DNA from: the human T2T-CHM13v2.0 reference genome, Homo sapiens
Reading direction: 5' to 3' (one strand)
Assembly (NCBI RefSeq): GCF_009914755.1
Contig: NC_060938.1
Length of the DNA: 64,000 nucleotides
In this document: positions 38,496-59,674 of the stretch, piece after piece
Numbering within the stretch: position 1 is the stretch's first letter
Layout: each line of letters opens with the position of its first letter
The notes under the pieces: model-generated
Told to the model about the DNA's origin: nothing
Databases searched by the model: none
Seen by the model: only the letters and a program-made list of their open reading frames with translations
Position numbers and translations under genes: made by a program

Positions 38496-38829
38496 AGTTG
38501 ATTTTTGTATATGGGGTAAGGAAGGGGTCCAGTTTCAATTCTGCATATGGCTAGCCAATTATCCCAGCACAATTTATTGAATAGAGGGTCTATTTCCTAT
38601 TGCTTGTTTTTGTTGACTTTGTTGAAGATCAGTTGGTTGTAGGTGTGTAGCTTTATTTCTGGACTCTCTGATTTCTTTGAACAGTATTTTGTAATTCTCA
38701 TTGTAGAGATCTTTCACCTCCCTGATTAGCTGTATTCCTAGATATTTTATTCTTTTTGTGGTTATTGTGAATGGGATTGTGTTCCTGATTTGGCTGTCAG
38801 CTTGGATGTTGTTAGTGTGTAGAAATGCT

Positions 38830-41329
<2,500 letters not shown>

Positions 41330-41357
41330 AGGAATGCTATTGAATTTGTACACTGAT

Positions 41358-41403
41358 TTTTGTATCCTGAAACTTTTGTATCCTGAAACTTTTGTATCCT
41401 GAA
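41358..41403 (+). repeat. 16-bp tandem repeat x~3 (ttttgtatcctgaaac)
   Basis: direct reading. Confidence 0.9.
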
Positions 41404-41706
41404 GTTGTTTATCAGACCAAGGAGTGTTTGGGCACAGACTGTGGGGTTTTCTAGGTATAAAATTATATTGTTGTCTGCAAACAGAAATAGTTTAGGTCAG
41501 GACTAAACTCTCTCTGGCCAGGACTTCCAGGACTATGTTGAATAGGAATGGTGAGAATGGACATCCTTGTCTTGTTATAGTTCTCAAGGGGAATCCTTCC
41601 AGGTTTTGCCCATTCAGTATGATGTTGGCTGTGCATTTGTTCTAATGGCTCTTCTTATTTTGACGTATGTTCCTTCAATGCCTACTTTGTTGAGGGTTAC
41701 AGAAGG

Positions 41707-41795
41707 TTTTTTTTCAAGACAGAGCCTTGCTCTGTCATCCAGACTGCAATGCAGTGACATGATCTCAGCTCACTGCAAAGTCTGCTTCCTGGGTT
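41707..41795 (-). mobile_element. Alu 3' fragment in L1
   Basis: agacagagccttgctctgtcatccagactg...tcctgggtt. Confidence 0.85.
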
Positions 41796-44399
41796 GTTGA
41801 ATTTTATCAAAATCCCTTTCTGCATCTATTGAGATGATCCTGTGGTTTTTCTTTGTAGTTCTTTTTATGTGGTCAATAAATAACATTTATCGATTTTTTT
41901 ATGTTGAATCAACCTTGTATCCCAGGGATAAAGCATACTTGATTATGGTGGATTTGTATTTTGATGTGTTGCTTGATTCAGTTTGCTAGTATTTTGTTGA
42001 GAATTTTTGCATGTATGCTCATCAAGGATACTGGCCTAAAGTTTTCTTTTTGTTGTTGTGTTTGTCAGGTTTTGGTTATCAGGATGATGCTGGCCTCATG
42101 GAATGAGTTAGAGGGGAGTCCCTCCTCCTCAACATTTGGGAATAGTTTCCATAGTAATGGTACCAGCTCTTCTTTATACATCTGGTAGAATTTGGCTATG
42201 ATTCTGTTTGGTCCTGTGCTTTTTCCGGTTGGTAGGCTTTTTATTTTTGATTCAATTTCAGAACTTGTTATTGGTCTGCTCAGGGATTCAGTTCCTTCCT
42301 GATTCAATCTTGGGAGGTTGTATGCTTCCAGGAATTTATCCATTTCTTTTAGGTTTTCTAGCTTATGTGCCTAGAGTTGTTCATAATAGTCTCTGAGGGA
42401 TTTTTGTGTTTCTGTGGGACCAATAGTAATGTCCTCTTTGTCATTATTTCTGATTGTGTTTATTTGGATCTTATCTCTTTCTTTATTAGTCTAGCTAGCA
42501 GTCTGTCAATCTTAGTTATTCTTTTAAAATACCAACCCCTGGATTCATTGGTCTTTTGTATGGCTTTTCACATCTCAGTTTCCTTCAATTCAGTTCTGAT
42601 TTTGGTTATGTCTTATCTTCGGCTACCTTTGAGGTTGGTTTGCTCTTGTTTCTGTAGTCACTCTAGCTGTGACTTTAGGTTGTTAACTTGAGATCTTTCT
42701 AATCTTTTGGTGTGGATGCTTAGTACTAAAATCTTCCCTCTTAACATTGCTGTAGCTGTGTCTCAGAGATTCTGGTATGTTGTATCTTTTTCTCATTAGT
42801 TTCAAATAATTTCTTGACTTCTGTCTTAATTTCATTGTTTACTCAAAAGTCATTCGGGAGTAGGTTGTTTTTCATGTAATTGTATTCCTTAGATTTCTTG
42901 GATTAGGTTTCAACTTTCTTCTGAACGTCAATGATCTTCATTCCTATCCATATTCAGAGATCTATTTCTGACATTGCAGCCATTTTAGCCTGGTTAAGAA
43001 ACATTTCTGGGGAACTAGTGCAGTCATTTGGAGATAAGAAGATACTCTGACTTTTTGAGTTGCCAGATTTCTTGCACTGGTTTTTCTCTTCCATGTGGGT
43101 TGATGTTCCTTCAGTCTTTGAAGTTTCTTCCTTTGGATGGGTTTTTTAAAATTGCTTTTATCTTCTTTGATGCCTTTGGGGGTTTGATTGTGGAATAAGT
43201 TTGGTTCAGTCTACTGGCTTCAATTCTAGTGTGCTCACGGTCTTGGAGGAGCCCAGAGCCTCCTCTGATTATTGTCTCCATACCTACTTTTTGTTATTGT
43301 TGTTGTTGGGTATTCTGTTCCATGGGGCTCCCTCAGGCAGGGGCCGCAGTTGTCAGACAGGCCATATGATTGCTGGGTTGGCCCTAATCTGCTGTCCAAG
43401 TGCTTCCTGAGGTAATACTGGGTTGCACCTGCTGGCAGAGTTCAGGCGGAAGTTGGAACACTGGGCTGGAAGCACTAGCAGGTGTGGTCCATCTGGCTAT
43501 GAGAGGCCAGGGTGGGTGGAATTGCCCACTCTGTCATCTGGGTGTTTCCTAGGTCAGTGGGAGGCCTCATCTGCTGGCTGAGTTCAGACAGAAGCAGAGC
43601 CACTGGGCCAGAAGCTCTAGCACACATTGCCCATCTGGCTACCAGTGGCAGGGGTGGGTGGGGGTTGCCTGTCCTGCCATACAAGTGCTTTCTGGGACAA
43701 CAAGTGGCTGTGGCTGCTGGCCAGTTTCAGGCAGAAGCAGGACCACTATGCTGGAAGCTGGCAATGAGACCCATCTGGCGAGAGGAAGTGGAAAAATCTT
43801 ACTGCTCCTAGGCACTGCGACTGTGGCCTCTATTGGAGCTGTGGCACCAGTGCTGGTCTGCTCAAGGGCCCAAGGCAGGTAGAGGTCCCCTTAGACTCAA
43901 GAGTTGCCCCCGCAGAATGTCCAGGTGGCTCTCTGCCTCCGTCTAGAAGTGCAGTGGAAAGGTGTTGGGGGGGCCAGGAGGATTATCCCCTTTCCAGTCT
44001 TACAATGCTCCCTGTAGAGAGGGTGAATCCCTCAGGGGGCTTTCACTCACTCACCCTTTCCCATGTTGGAGAGGTTTTCCTGGCTCTGCCCTGAGCCCAG
44101 ACAGGCTGGTCCCCAGCTTTGCTTTTCTCTTCTTTCTGTGTCCCCCTGCTGCCTTGTTGCATCCCGAAGTGGTTTCGCAGATGATCAGCCTGCAAGGTCA
44201 GCGTTCACTAGCCCTTCAGTGTTCACTAGCTCTTTTGTTTCCTTTCCAAGCGAGCAATACACATGAGCAGCTTCTAGTCCACCAACTTTGCTCCTTCCCC
44301 AGAGACTTTTTTTTTAATATTAAAAGTTTTCCCTCCAAGCTCCTTCCTTGAAGGGCTAAGCTCTTGTAGCTCTTGCATCATATAAATTTCAAACATCAT

Positions 44400-44830
44400 A
44401 TATTGAACTGTTAACAGTAAACACCAAGATTATCTCTTCACCCTTCTCCGCTGTCCCTCTACTTCCTTTCAACACCAGATTTTGAAAGTAGTCCATACTT
44501 GCTGCCTCTCACCATTTCCTCACTTATTTCCTCAAAATCTGGCTCTGTAACCATCACACACAAAAAATTGCTTCCCTGAAGGAACAACCGTTTCCAGTCT
44601 TCCGCAGCCCTTGCCTCTGATTTCTGCCACATTTGTCATGTTGGACTCTTTCCCACTCAGCCCTACTGGTTTAAATCCTACCTCTCTAACTGTCACTTCA
44701 CCTCCTCTGCAGGCTCCTCCTCCCTCTGTTGCCTGATGGAGAAAATGCTGCATTTTGGTCCTGTCTCCTTTGTTTCTCTTTTGATGATCTCTGTCTCTGA
44801 GACCATCACTTCTGGTTGTGAGGGCTTGGC
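44400..44830 (+). mobile_element. L2 fragment
   Basis: ttttgaaagtagtccatacttgctgcctc, aatctggctc. Confidence 0.5.
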
Positions 44831-45199
44831 AAGAACAATAGTGATTAGAAGGAAGCCCTAAATCTAAGCTCATAGACCCTAAAGAGGTGGCTTCTCCTTC
44901 AGAATAATCCCCCTTGCCCAGAAGTTATGCCTGGCTTTAGGAAACTGACAGTGGCCTGAATTGGTCAGAAAAGGCTCTGGCCCAAGGGATAGTCTGTGGA
45001 CACTTTATCAGGCTCCTGGTGGTGCCTCTATTGTCTCTACAGCAGGATTCTGCTCAGCAACCCTTAAATCAGTGAAGGGTCCTCTTGGATGTGCCCCCTT
45101 TCTCACTCAGAACTATACTATTTTGCAACCTTCAGGTATGGCTTCTGCCTCCCTAACTCTCCTCCTGTACATTTATTTTATGGAGTAGAAAGAATAATA

Positions 45200-45322
45200 G
45201 AATTAGGGCCAGGAATCATGGGTTCTAGCTCTGGGTCTACCACCAACTAACTACTTCTGTAGGCTTCAGTTTCTCATCAGTTAAATAAAAGGTGAGAATA
45301 TGTGATTTCTAAGGCCTCTTAA
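45200..45322. mobile_element. MIR fragment
   Basis: ggttctagctctggg...gcttcagtttctcatcagttaaat. Confidence 0.65.
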
Positions 45323-45519
45323 ACTCATGGTATGGGGGGTGTCATTAGTTTATCCACCTTAGGAAGGGTGAGATATCAGAGCAGACCTCTAGCAATCTTT
45401 GGCCGAAAGATGATAGAATTTTGAGGTGAATATCCTCAATGGAGGAGACTATAAAACTAGAAAAGCTCTTCCATCTGCGGGCATAAAACCTCCACAAACC
45501 CAACTGTTCTTTCTATTCT

Positions 45520-47160
45520 TGAGAAAGAACAGAACTAGAAGCCTCACACTATCTGTTCTCAAAATATACTGCAAAGCTACAATCATAAAAATTGTGTGGA
45601 ACTGACATAAAGATCAATGGAACAAAATAGAGAGCCGAAATGACCTCATGCATATATAGTCAGATGATCTTTGACGAGGGTGCCAATACTACACAGTGGA
45701 GTCTCTTCAACAAAAGATGTTGGAAAAAATAGATGTCCATGTTTTTAAAGAAAATAAAATTGGGCTCTCATCTTACACCATACACAAAAATCAACTCAAA
45801 ATGAATTTAAAATTTAAACATAAGACCCAAAACTATAAAACTCTCAGAAGAAAACGAAGGGAAAAATCTTCACAACGTTAGTCCTGGCAGTGATTTCTTG
45901 CATCTAACACCAAAAGTACAGGGAAGAAAAGCAAAAATGGACAAACAGAACTACATTACACTAAAAAGCTTCTACAATACCAAAAAAAAAAAAAATTCAA
46001 CAAACTGAAAAGGCAACCCATGGATTGGAGAAAATATTTGGGAATCATGTATCTGATAAGGAGTTAATACCTGAAATATATAAGGAACTCCTACAACTCA
46101 ATACCAAAAAAATAAAAAATAATAACCTGATAAAAAATGGACAAAGAACTTGAATAGACATTTCTCCAAAGAAGACATATAGATGGCCAATAGGTATATG
46201 AAAAAATGTTCAACACCACTAATCATCGGGAAAATGCAAATCAAAACCATAATGAGATATGACCTCAAACCTGTGAGGATGGTACATATATATATATATG
46301 AAATATAAAACAGAAAATAACAAGTTTGACTATAACACAGAGAAATCAGAACTCCTGTGCACTGTTGGTGGGAAAGTAAAATGGTACAGCCATTATGGAA
46401 GACACTATGATGCTTCCTCAAAAATTAAAAATAGAGCTACAATATGATCCAGCAATCCTACCTCTGGGAATATATCTGAAGTAATTGAAATTAGGATCTC
46501 AAAGAAATATTTGCACTCCCATGTTCATAGCAGCATTATTCATAATCAACAAGAGGTGGAAACAACCTCAATGTCTACTGAGTGATGAATGGATAAAGGG
46601 GATGTGTTATATGCATGTAAAGGAATATTATTCAGTCATAAAAAAAGAAAGAATTCCTGTCATATGCTACAACATGGATGCATCATTGAGGACATTAAGT
46701 GAAATAAGCCCATCACAGAAGGACAAATACTGCATGATTTCACTTTTATTTTATTTTATTTTTTAAGAGACAGGGTCTTGCTATGTTGCCCAGACTTGTG
46801 TCCAACTGCTGGGCTCAAGTGATCCTCCCACCTCAGCCTCCCAAGTAGCTGGGATTACAGACAGGAGCCATCGTCACTTGGCAATTCCACTTTTATGAGT
46901 TATTGATAAAGTAGTCAAACTTATAGAGGCAGAAAGTAGAATGGCATTTCCCAGGGCTGGCAGGGATTGGGAGATGGAAAAATTACTGCTCAACGGATAT
47001 ACAGTTTTAGCAATAGGAGATGGAAAAGTTTTAGAGATCTGCTCTATAAAATGGCATTTATAGGTAGTAATATTGTACTGTACCTACACTTAAAATGTGT
47101 TAAGAGGGCAAATCTAATGTTTTATGTTTTTTTAACCACAATTTTTTTTTTTAAAAAAGC
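45520..47160 (+). mobile_element. L1MA/MB 3' fragment
   Basis: ORF2 C-terminal remnants and aaagtagtcaaacttatagaggcagaaagtagaatgg 3'UTR. Confidence 0.88.
46745..46882 (-). mobile_element. FLAM in L1
   Basis: agagacagggtcttgctatgttgccc; flanks att(t/c)cacttttat. Confidence 0.88.
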
Positions 47161-48493
47161 TCTGTAAGCTCTTCTTAGAAATGAAGAAAGTCTAAGGTTA
47201 ACCAAAAAAGCTATGGGGCCTCAGAAAAGGTTACTTTTTTTTGCACAGCTTTGCCAGCAGTGGTGCACTGGTGCAAGCAGTGGAAACAGCTGAGCAAACA
47301 TAATTACAATAACTTCTAACGTTTGTAAGATAATCATTTATAAAAAGGAAACAGCCCATACCCATGGGGGTCTCTGTAGGTAGAGTCTGTGCCTAAGAAT
47401 TTGATCCTGGATTATATTAAAGAACAACTGCTGTCTCAAAGCTTCTGCCAGTTTTTTGTCTTTTTTTTTTTCACAATAAAGTCATAGATCAAATAATTCC
47501 TTGTTTAGCTGAGCCAAAAATGAATTTTTATATGTGCAAAGGATCAAAGCCTTATTTCAAAGGGAGGGAGGGAGCTAAAATACTTCATGTGAATTTGGAA
47601 GTAGTCCTCAGATAACTGGGTAAGAAGAAGGAGGGAGCAGCTCGAAGGACACAGTGGAAGAGAGTAGGTAGGGCCCAAGAGAAATGTTCTGGGGCAGGGG
47701 ATGGAATATCCTTTTTTTTTAAATCTTGCAATAGTAATGTCTGAGGTTCAATTGTTGCTTCCTTCCTTGAGTAGCAATTAACATATAATACTCCAATCTT
47801 TCTGAAAATGTCTGTAGCAGGCCCCAATCTGTTGTCAGTGGAACTTTGGAGAAATGAAGAAAGAAGGATGATGTCCAGGGTGGAGCAGAGTGAGGCTGCA
47901 GGAAAAGGCAGCAGCTGGAGGAGGGATGGTAGTGAACATGGAGCAGCAGAGACTTGGGAGGCAAAAAAGGGTGAGGCTGAAGATACAAGAAGAGGAAAAA
48001 TTCGTGCTTTAAGAAGGTCCCTGAAGAGATGTGGGGATTAGAACCCATAGTATCAAAGGAGGTATTCACTTTGACCAGGTGGAAGGACCCTCTCTTCCTG
48101 TAATCTCTCATCTCAGTAATAGGCCCCAACATCTTACTTCATCTACCCTCTCAAGGAAACTGGGCCTTTATTTCTTTTTCGTAGAAGCTGAAAAAGATAG
48201 ACTACAGAAGAGGGAATTCCAGATTTGCTATGCCTCACATGAGACAGCTACTTACAGTAGCTACCAGACCACAGCCCCTTCTACAGAAACTGATATGGAG
48301 GATCTTCTAGATCTTGTAACCTCACCTCCTCCTACTCTGGCCACTTCCTCTAGCAGCCTCCTGACAAAGTGTGCATGAGAGTTGATATTTTCGAGTTTTT
48401 GCATATCCAAAAAAATCTTGATTTTACTCTTACTTTCGACTTATGGATAGATAGTTATACCTAATTTTTCACCTGGAAATTTGGAAACACTGC

Positions 48494-48840
48494 TGATTAT
48501 TTGCTGTGCCTCACTTGAGGTCAACCACATAAAAAACAAAGCAGCCTGGGACATACTGTCTAAAATGGTAGTCACTCGCTATCTGTGGCTATGATTGAGC
48601 ACTTGAAATGTGGCTGAATTGAGATGTACTGTTAAGTGTGAAATACACACCAAATTGTTAAGACTTGGTGTGGAAAAAATGTAAAATATCTTATTAGTAA
48701 TTTTTATGTTGATTAATGTTGAAATGTTATTATTTTGGATACATTGGTTTAAATATAGTATTAAAATTAATTTCACCTATTTCTTTTTGCTTTACTAAAT
48801 GTGGCTACTAGAAGATTGAAATTATGTATGTAATTATTTA
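48494..48840 (-). repeat. left arm of inverted duplication (MER33 plus ~60 bp flank)
   Basis: reverse complement aligns with ~49450-49788, including the non-MER flank. Confidence 0.9.
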
Positions 48841-48845
48841 TGTAA

Positions 48846-49282
<437 letters not shown>

Positions 49283-49286
49283 AACA

Positions 49287-49362
49287 CATTAGTCCAGACC
49301 ATTGCTGTCCGGTAGAAATGTAATGCGAGCAACGTATACAATTTCAATCTTCTGATAGCTAC
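49287..49362 (+). repeat. partial direct duplicate of MER33 5' end and its flank
   Basis: cattagtccagaccattgctgtccggtagaaatgtaat repeated at 49390. Confidence 0.9.
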
Positions 49363-49402
49363 TGCAAGTAGTAGGTCTAGTCCACAACCCATTAGTCCAG
49401 AC

Positions 49403-49725
49403 CATTACTGCCCAGTAGAAATGTAATATGAGCAACATATATAATTTCATATATGAAGATTTCAATCTTCTAGTAGCTACATTTAATAAAGTAAAAGGAA
49501 AGAGATGAAATTAATTTTAATATTGTACTTTCTTTAAATAAATATATCCAGAAATTATCATTTCAACATTAATCAACATGAAATTACTAATGAGATATTT
49601 TACATTTTTTCCACACTAAGTCTTAACAATTTGGTGTGTATTTTACACTTAACAGTACATCTCAATTCAGACCAGCCATATTTCAAGTGCCCAATCATGG
49701 CCACATGGAGTGAGTGGCTACAGCA
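49403..49725 (+). mobile_element. MER33 (hAT-Charlie MITE), right arm of the inverted duplication (arm extends to 49788)
   Basis: tagaaatgtaatatgagc...tgaaattaattttaata...catctcaattcagaccagcc...atttcaagtgc. Confidence 0.88.
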
Positions 49726-50340
49726 TGTCCTAGGCAGCTTTGTTTTTTATCTCATTGACATCATGTGAGGCGCAGCAAATAAAAATCACTGGAAGAGTAG
49801 GACACAAGACAGGCACATTTTAATTAAGGGGAGAAGTAAATAAGAGTAGAAAAGTTTGAAAAAGAGTGTGCCCAGATAGGGTAGCCTATGGAAAGGCCTG
49901 GAAATAGGGATGGGGTCAGTCACTCCAGGTAGAGCGGTGGCAGGTGGGGTTTGGGGGAGGGGTCTTATTGATCAATATGTAGGATTTGACTTCATTTCCT
50001 TTTTAAAAAATGCTTTTTCTCTCCTCCACTTTACTATATCTGTAATTCTCTATTCTGTAGTCTTTCTTTTTCAGCTTCTCCAAAAAGGAAATAAAGGCCT
50101 AATTTCCTCGAGAGGGTAGGTGGAGTAAGATGTGGGCATGAGGAATATGTGTCTCTCTACAGGGGACTTTGCCCATAACACATAAACACACCTTGTCCTC
50201 CCTCCCTGCTGTCAGCCTCCCATCTCATCACCATCTCTGCAGTTCTGCAAGTGTCTCCAAGTTCTGATTCTCTCCAGGACACCATGGGGCTACTTGACTT
50301 GTTTCTCCTCTTGTGTCCTCTGCAGTCACTTAGGTAGTAA

Positions 50341-50700
<360 letters not shown>

Positions 50701-50878
50701 TCATTTTTATTTCCTATCCAGCATTTTCTATTCAGCAAACCTCTTTAGTGACATGCTGAAGTTTTCCTTCAGCTTTACTATTTATCAAAATCTACTGTTT
50801 GATGTTGGCTTTAGCCCTGGCTTTTGAAAAGTCAAAAAGCCAAACACCTACTTCAACATAATTTTTGTCACTACTACT

Positions 50879-56971
<6,093 letters not shown>

Positions 56972-57702
56972 AAATTTTGTCACCTCTAGACCTATGCAGG
57001 ATCAATGATCAGGTGGCTAAGTTATCATCATATCAAATGAGGTTACCAATCTTAGTAATATTAACAAAATTAGTTATTAAGACTGATTGTTAATATCTAA
57101 TATTCACTTTAAAACATGTAGATGTAACTTGAAGTAGATTTCCTTACGTACTTTGTAGAGTGAAATTCTCTCAGTTATATATTGAAATTCTCTGAGTTCT
57201 CCCAATTTCTCAAAAGGAAAATGCTGCAACAATTCATAATTATGAAAAGTTAAATAAAAAGGAAAACAGATTAATGCTAATTAAAATATTAAGAGAAGAT
57301 GCATTCACCGGAGAGTTTTATGAAATAAAATATATCCTTCTAAAACAACAAATATTTATGAGACCTTAAATAATAATGCAAGGTAGAATAATAGAAATTT
57401 ACTTATAATTCTCATCTTTGTAGAATTGTTTGGTACACAGACATTGGTAACATTAGGCAAAATAACTTGTAGGAATTATATTTAATTTTTAGTTATTTCA
57501 CTCCATTTAGGCTGAGTCTTTTAAGAAAATGTTTTATTTTCAAATTGCTCACATCTTGTGAAAATGAGAAGGAAGCAGAATGTCAACTTTGTCACCTAAA
57601 ATGTTTACAAGAAAATAAAAACAATGAATCCTGGACTACAGCATGCATAATAAAACATCTTTTATCCAATCATAATAAAAAGTAAAAAACTTGAAGAAAA
57701 CG

Positions 57703-58207
57703 TGTTGGGAACAGGCCCCCAAGTCTGGCCATAAACTGGCCCCCAAACTGGCCACAAACAAAATCTCTGCAGCACTGTGACATGTTCATGTTGGCCATGA
57801 CACCCACGCTGAAGGTTGTGTTTACCAGAATGAGGGCAAGGAACACCTGGCCCACCTAGGCTGGAAAACCACTTAAAGGTATTCCTAAACCACAAACAAT
57901 AGCATGAGGGATCTGTGCCTTAAGGACATGTTCCTGCTGCAGATAACTAGCCAGACCCATCCCTTTATTTCAGCCCATCCCTTTATTTCCCATAAGGAAT
58001 ACTTTTAGTTAATCTATAATCTATAGAAACAATGTTTATCACTGGCTTGCTGTCATTAAATACGTGGGTAAATCTCTGTTCAAGGCTCTCAGCTCTGAAG
58101 GCTGTGAGACCTGATTTCCCACTCCACACACGATATTTCTGTGTGTGTGTCTTTAATTCCTCTAGTGCCTCTGGGTTAAGGTCTCCACAACTGAGCTGGT
58201 CTTGGTA
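57703..58207 (+). mobile_element. MER9 5' LTR of HERV-K(HML-3)
   Basis: tgttgggaacaggccccc...ctggccataaactggcccc start, gagctggtcttggta end. Confidence 0.9.
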
Positions 58208-58209
58208 AG

Positions 58210-58228
58210 CAGCGCCCAACATGGAGGC
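58210..58228 (+). promoter_or_regulatory. primer binding site, tRNA-Lys(CUU), degenerate
   Basis: cagcgcccaacatggaggc versus TGGCGCCCAACGTGGGGC, directly after the LTR. Confidence 0.8.
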
Positions 58229-58357
58229 TCGAACCCAGGTTGAAGGGTCACCAGAGTGATGGCTGGAAAACCTGGAACTAAGCTGGAGGACACCGGAGTA
58301 CTCTTAAGCAATGCCCGTGTTGAGTAAAAAGGGTAGCTCAGAAGCATCAGGGTAACA

Positions 58358-59674
58358 ATGAGACAAGTGTGGGCTCTGGTTCATTCCACCTTGGAACCTT
58401 TTCACACTAATGATGAGGAGGAAGGAAAGTATAACAAAGTAACAGACCAGGTTTGTTTGCCAGCTAAAGCTAAAGCAGCAAAGGAGGAAGAGGTTCATCC
58501 CTACCCTTCTGCACCCCCTCCTTATTTTGAAGAAAAAGAGTGGCCTGACCCTCCAGATCTTTCTTTTCTGGAGGACCCTGGGAGAAAAGTAGTTGCCCCA
58601 GTGACTGTTCAAGCAGCTCCTTGAGTGACCGCTGTCAGTTCTATTCTGGCAGGAATTCAGCAAGCTAGACGAGAGGGTGATATAGAAGCTTGGCAGTTTT
58701 CTGTTAGAATACACCACCCCCCCCAGATCAACATTTGAGCCTTTTCCTTTTAAATTCAGGAAACACCATGAGGGGCCCATCCTGGGCCCCATTCCAAACC
58801 AGGGCATTTCTGGCTCAGGCCATTCCTTCACCCCTGTACAATGTCTGTCCCCCACCACAGCTGGTAGTGCCACAGTAGATTTATGCTGCACAAAAGCTGT
58901 GAGCCTTCTGCCTGGGGAACCCCTGCAAAATGTCCCAACAGGAGTCTGTGAACCCTTGCCAGTGGGGATGATAGGATTGCTTCTAGGAAGGTCTAGTTTA
59001 AATGTAAAAGGAGTACAAATACATACAGGAGTAATTGATTCAGATTACAATGGTGAAATTCAAATTGTTGTATCTACATCTGTTCCCTGGAAAGCAGAGC
59101 AGGAGAGTGTACAGCACAGCTCCTGATTGTGCCATATGTGGAAATGGGGAAAAGTGAAATTAAACAAACAAGAGGATTTTGAAGCCCAAATAAACAAGGC
59201 AAAGTGGCTTATTGGGTGAATCAAATTACTGATAAACGTCCTACCTGTGAAATAACTATTCAGGGAAAGAAATTTAAAGGTTTGGTAGATACAGGAGTGG
59301 ACATTTCAATCATTTCCCTACAGCACTGACTGTCCATGTGGCCAATTCAACTCACTCAATTTAACATAGTTGGAGTTGGTAATGCCCCTGAAGTATATCA
59401 AAGTAGTTATATTTTGCATTGTGAAGGGCCCGATGGACAACCTGGAACTATTCAACCAATTATAACTTCTGTACCTATAAATGTATGGGGAAGAGATTTA
59501 TTACAACAATGGGGAGCACAAGTTCTAATTCCAGAACAATTATATACCCCACAAAGTCAACATATGATGCATGAAATGGGGTATGTCCCTGGTATGGGAC
59601 TAGGAAAAAATTTGCAAGGTTTGAAGGAACCGCTTCAAGCAGAAAGACAAAGTTCCCACAAAGGTTTAGGATAT
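58358..59674 (+). pseudogene. HERV-K(HML-3) gag (heavily deleted) and pro (dUTPase, protease, G-patch), defective
   Basis: PSAPPPY late-domain-like motif; GRSSLN...GVIDSDYNGEI dUTPase; ttggtagatacagga = LVDTG at ~59282; MGYVPGMGLGK G-patch; stops and frameshifts. Confidence 0.9.
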
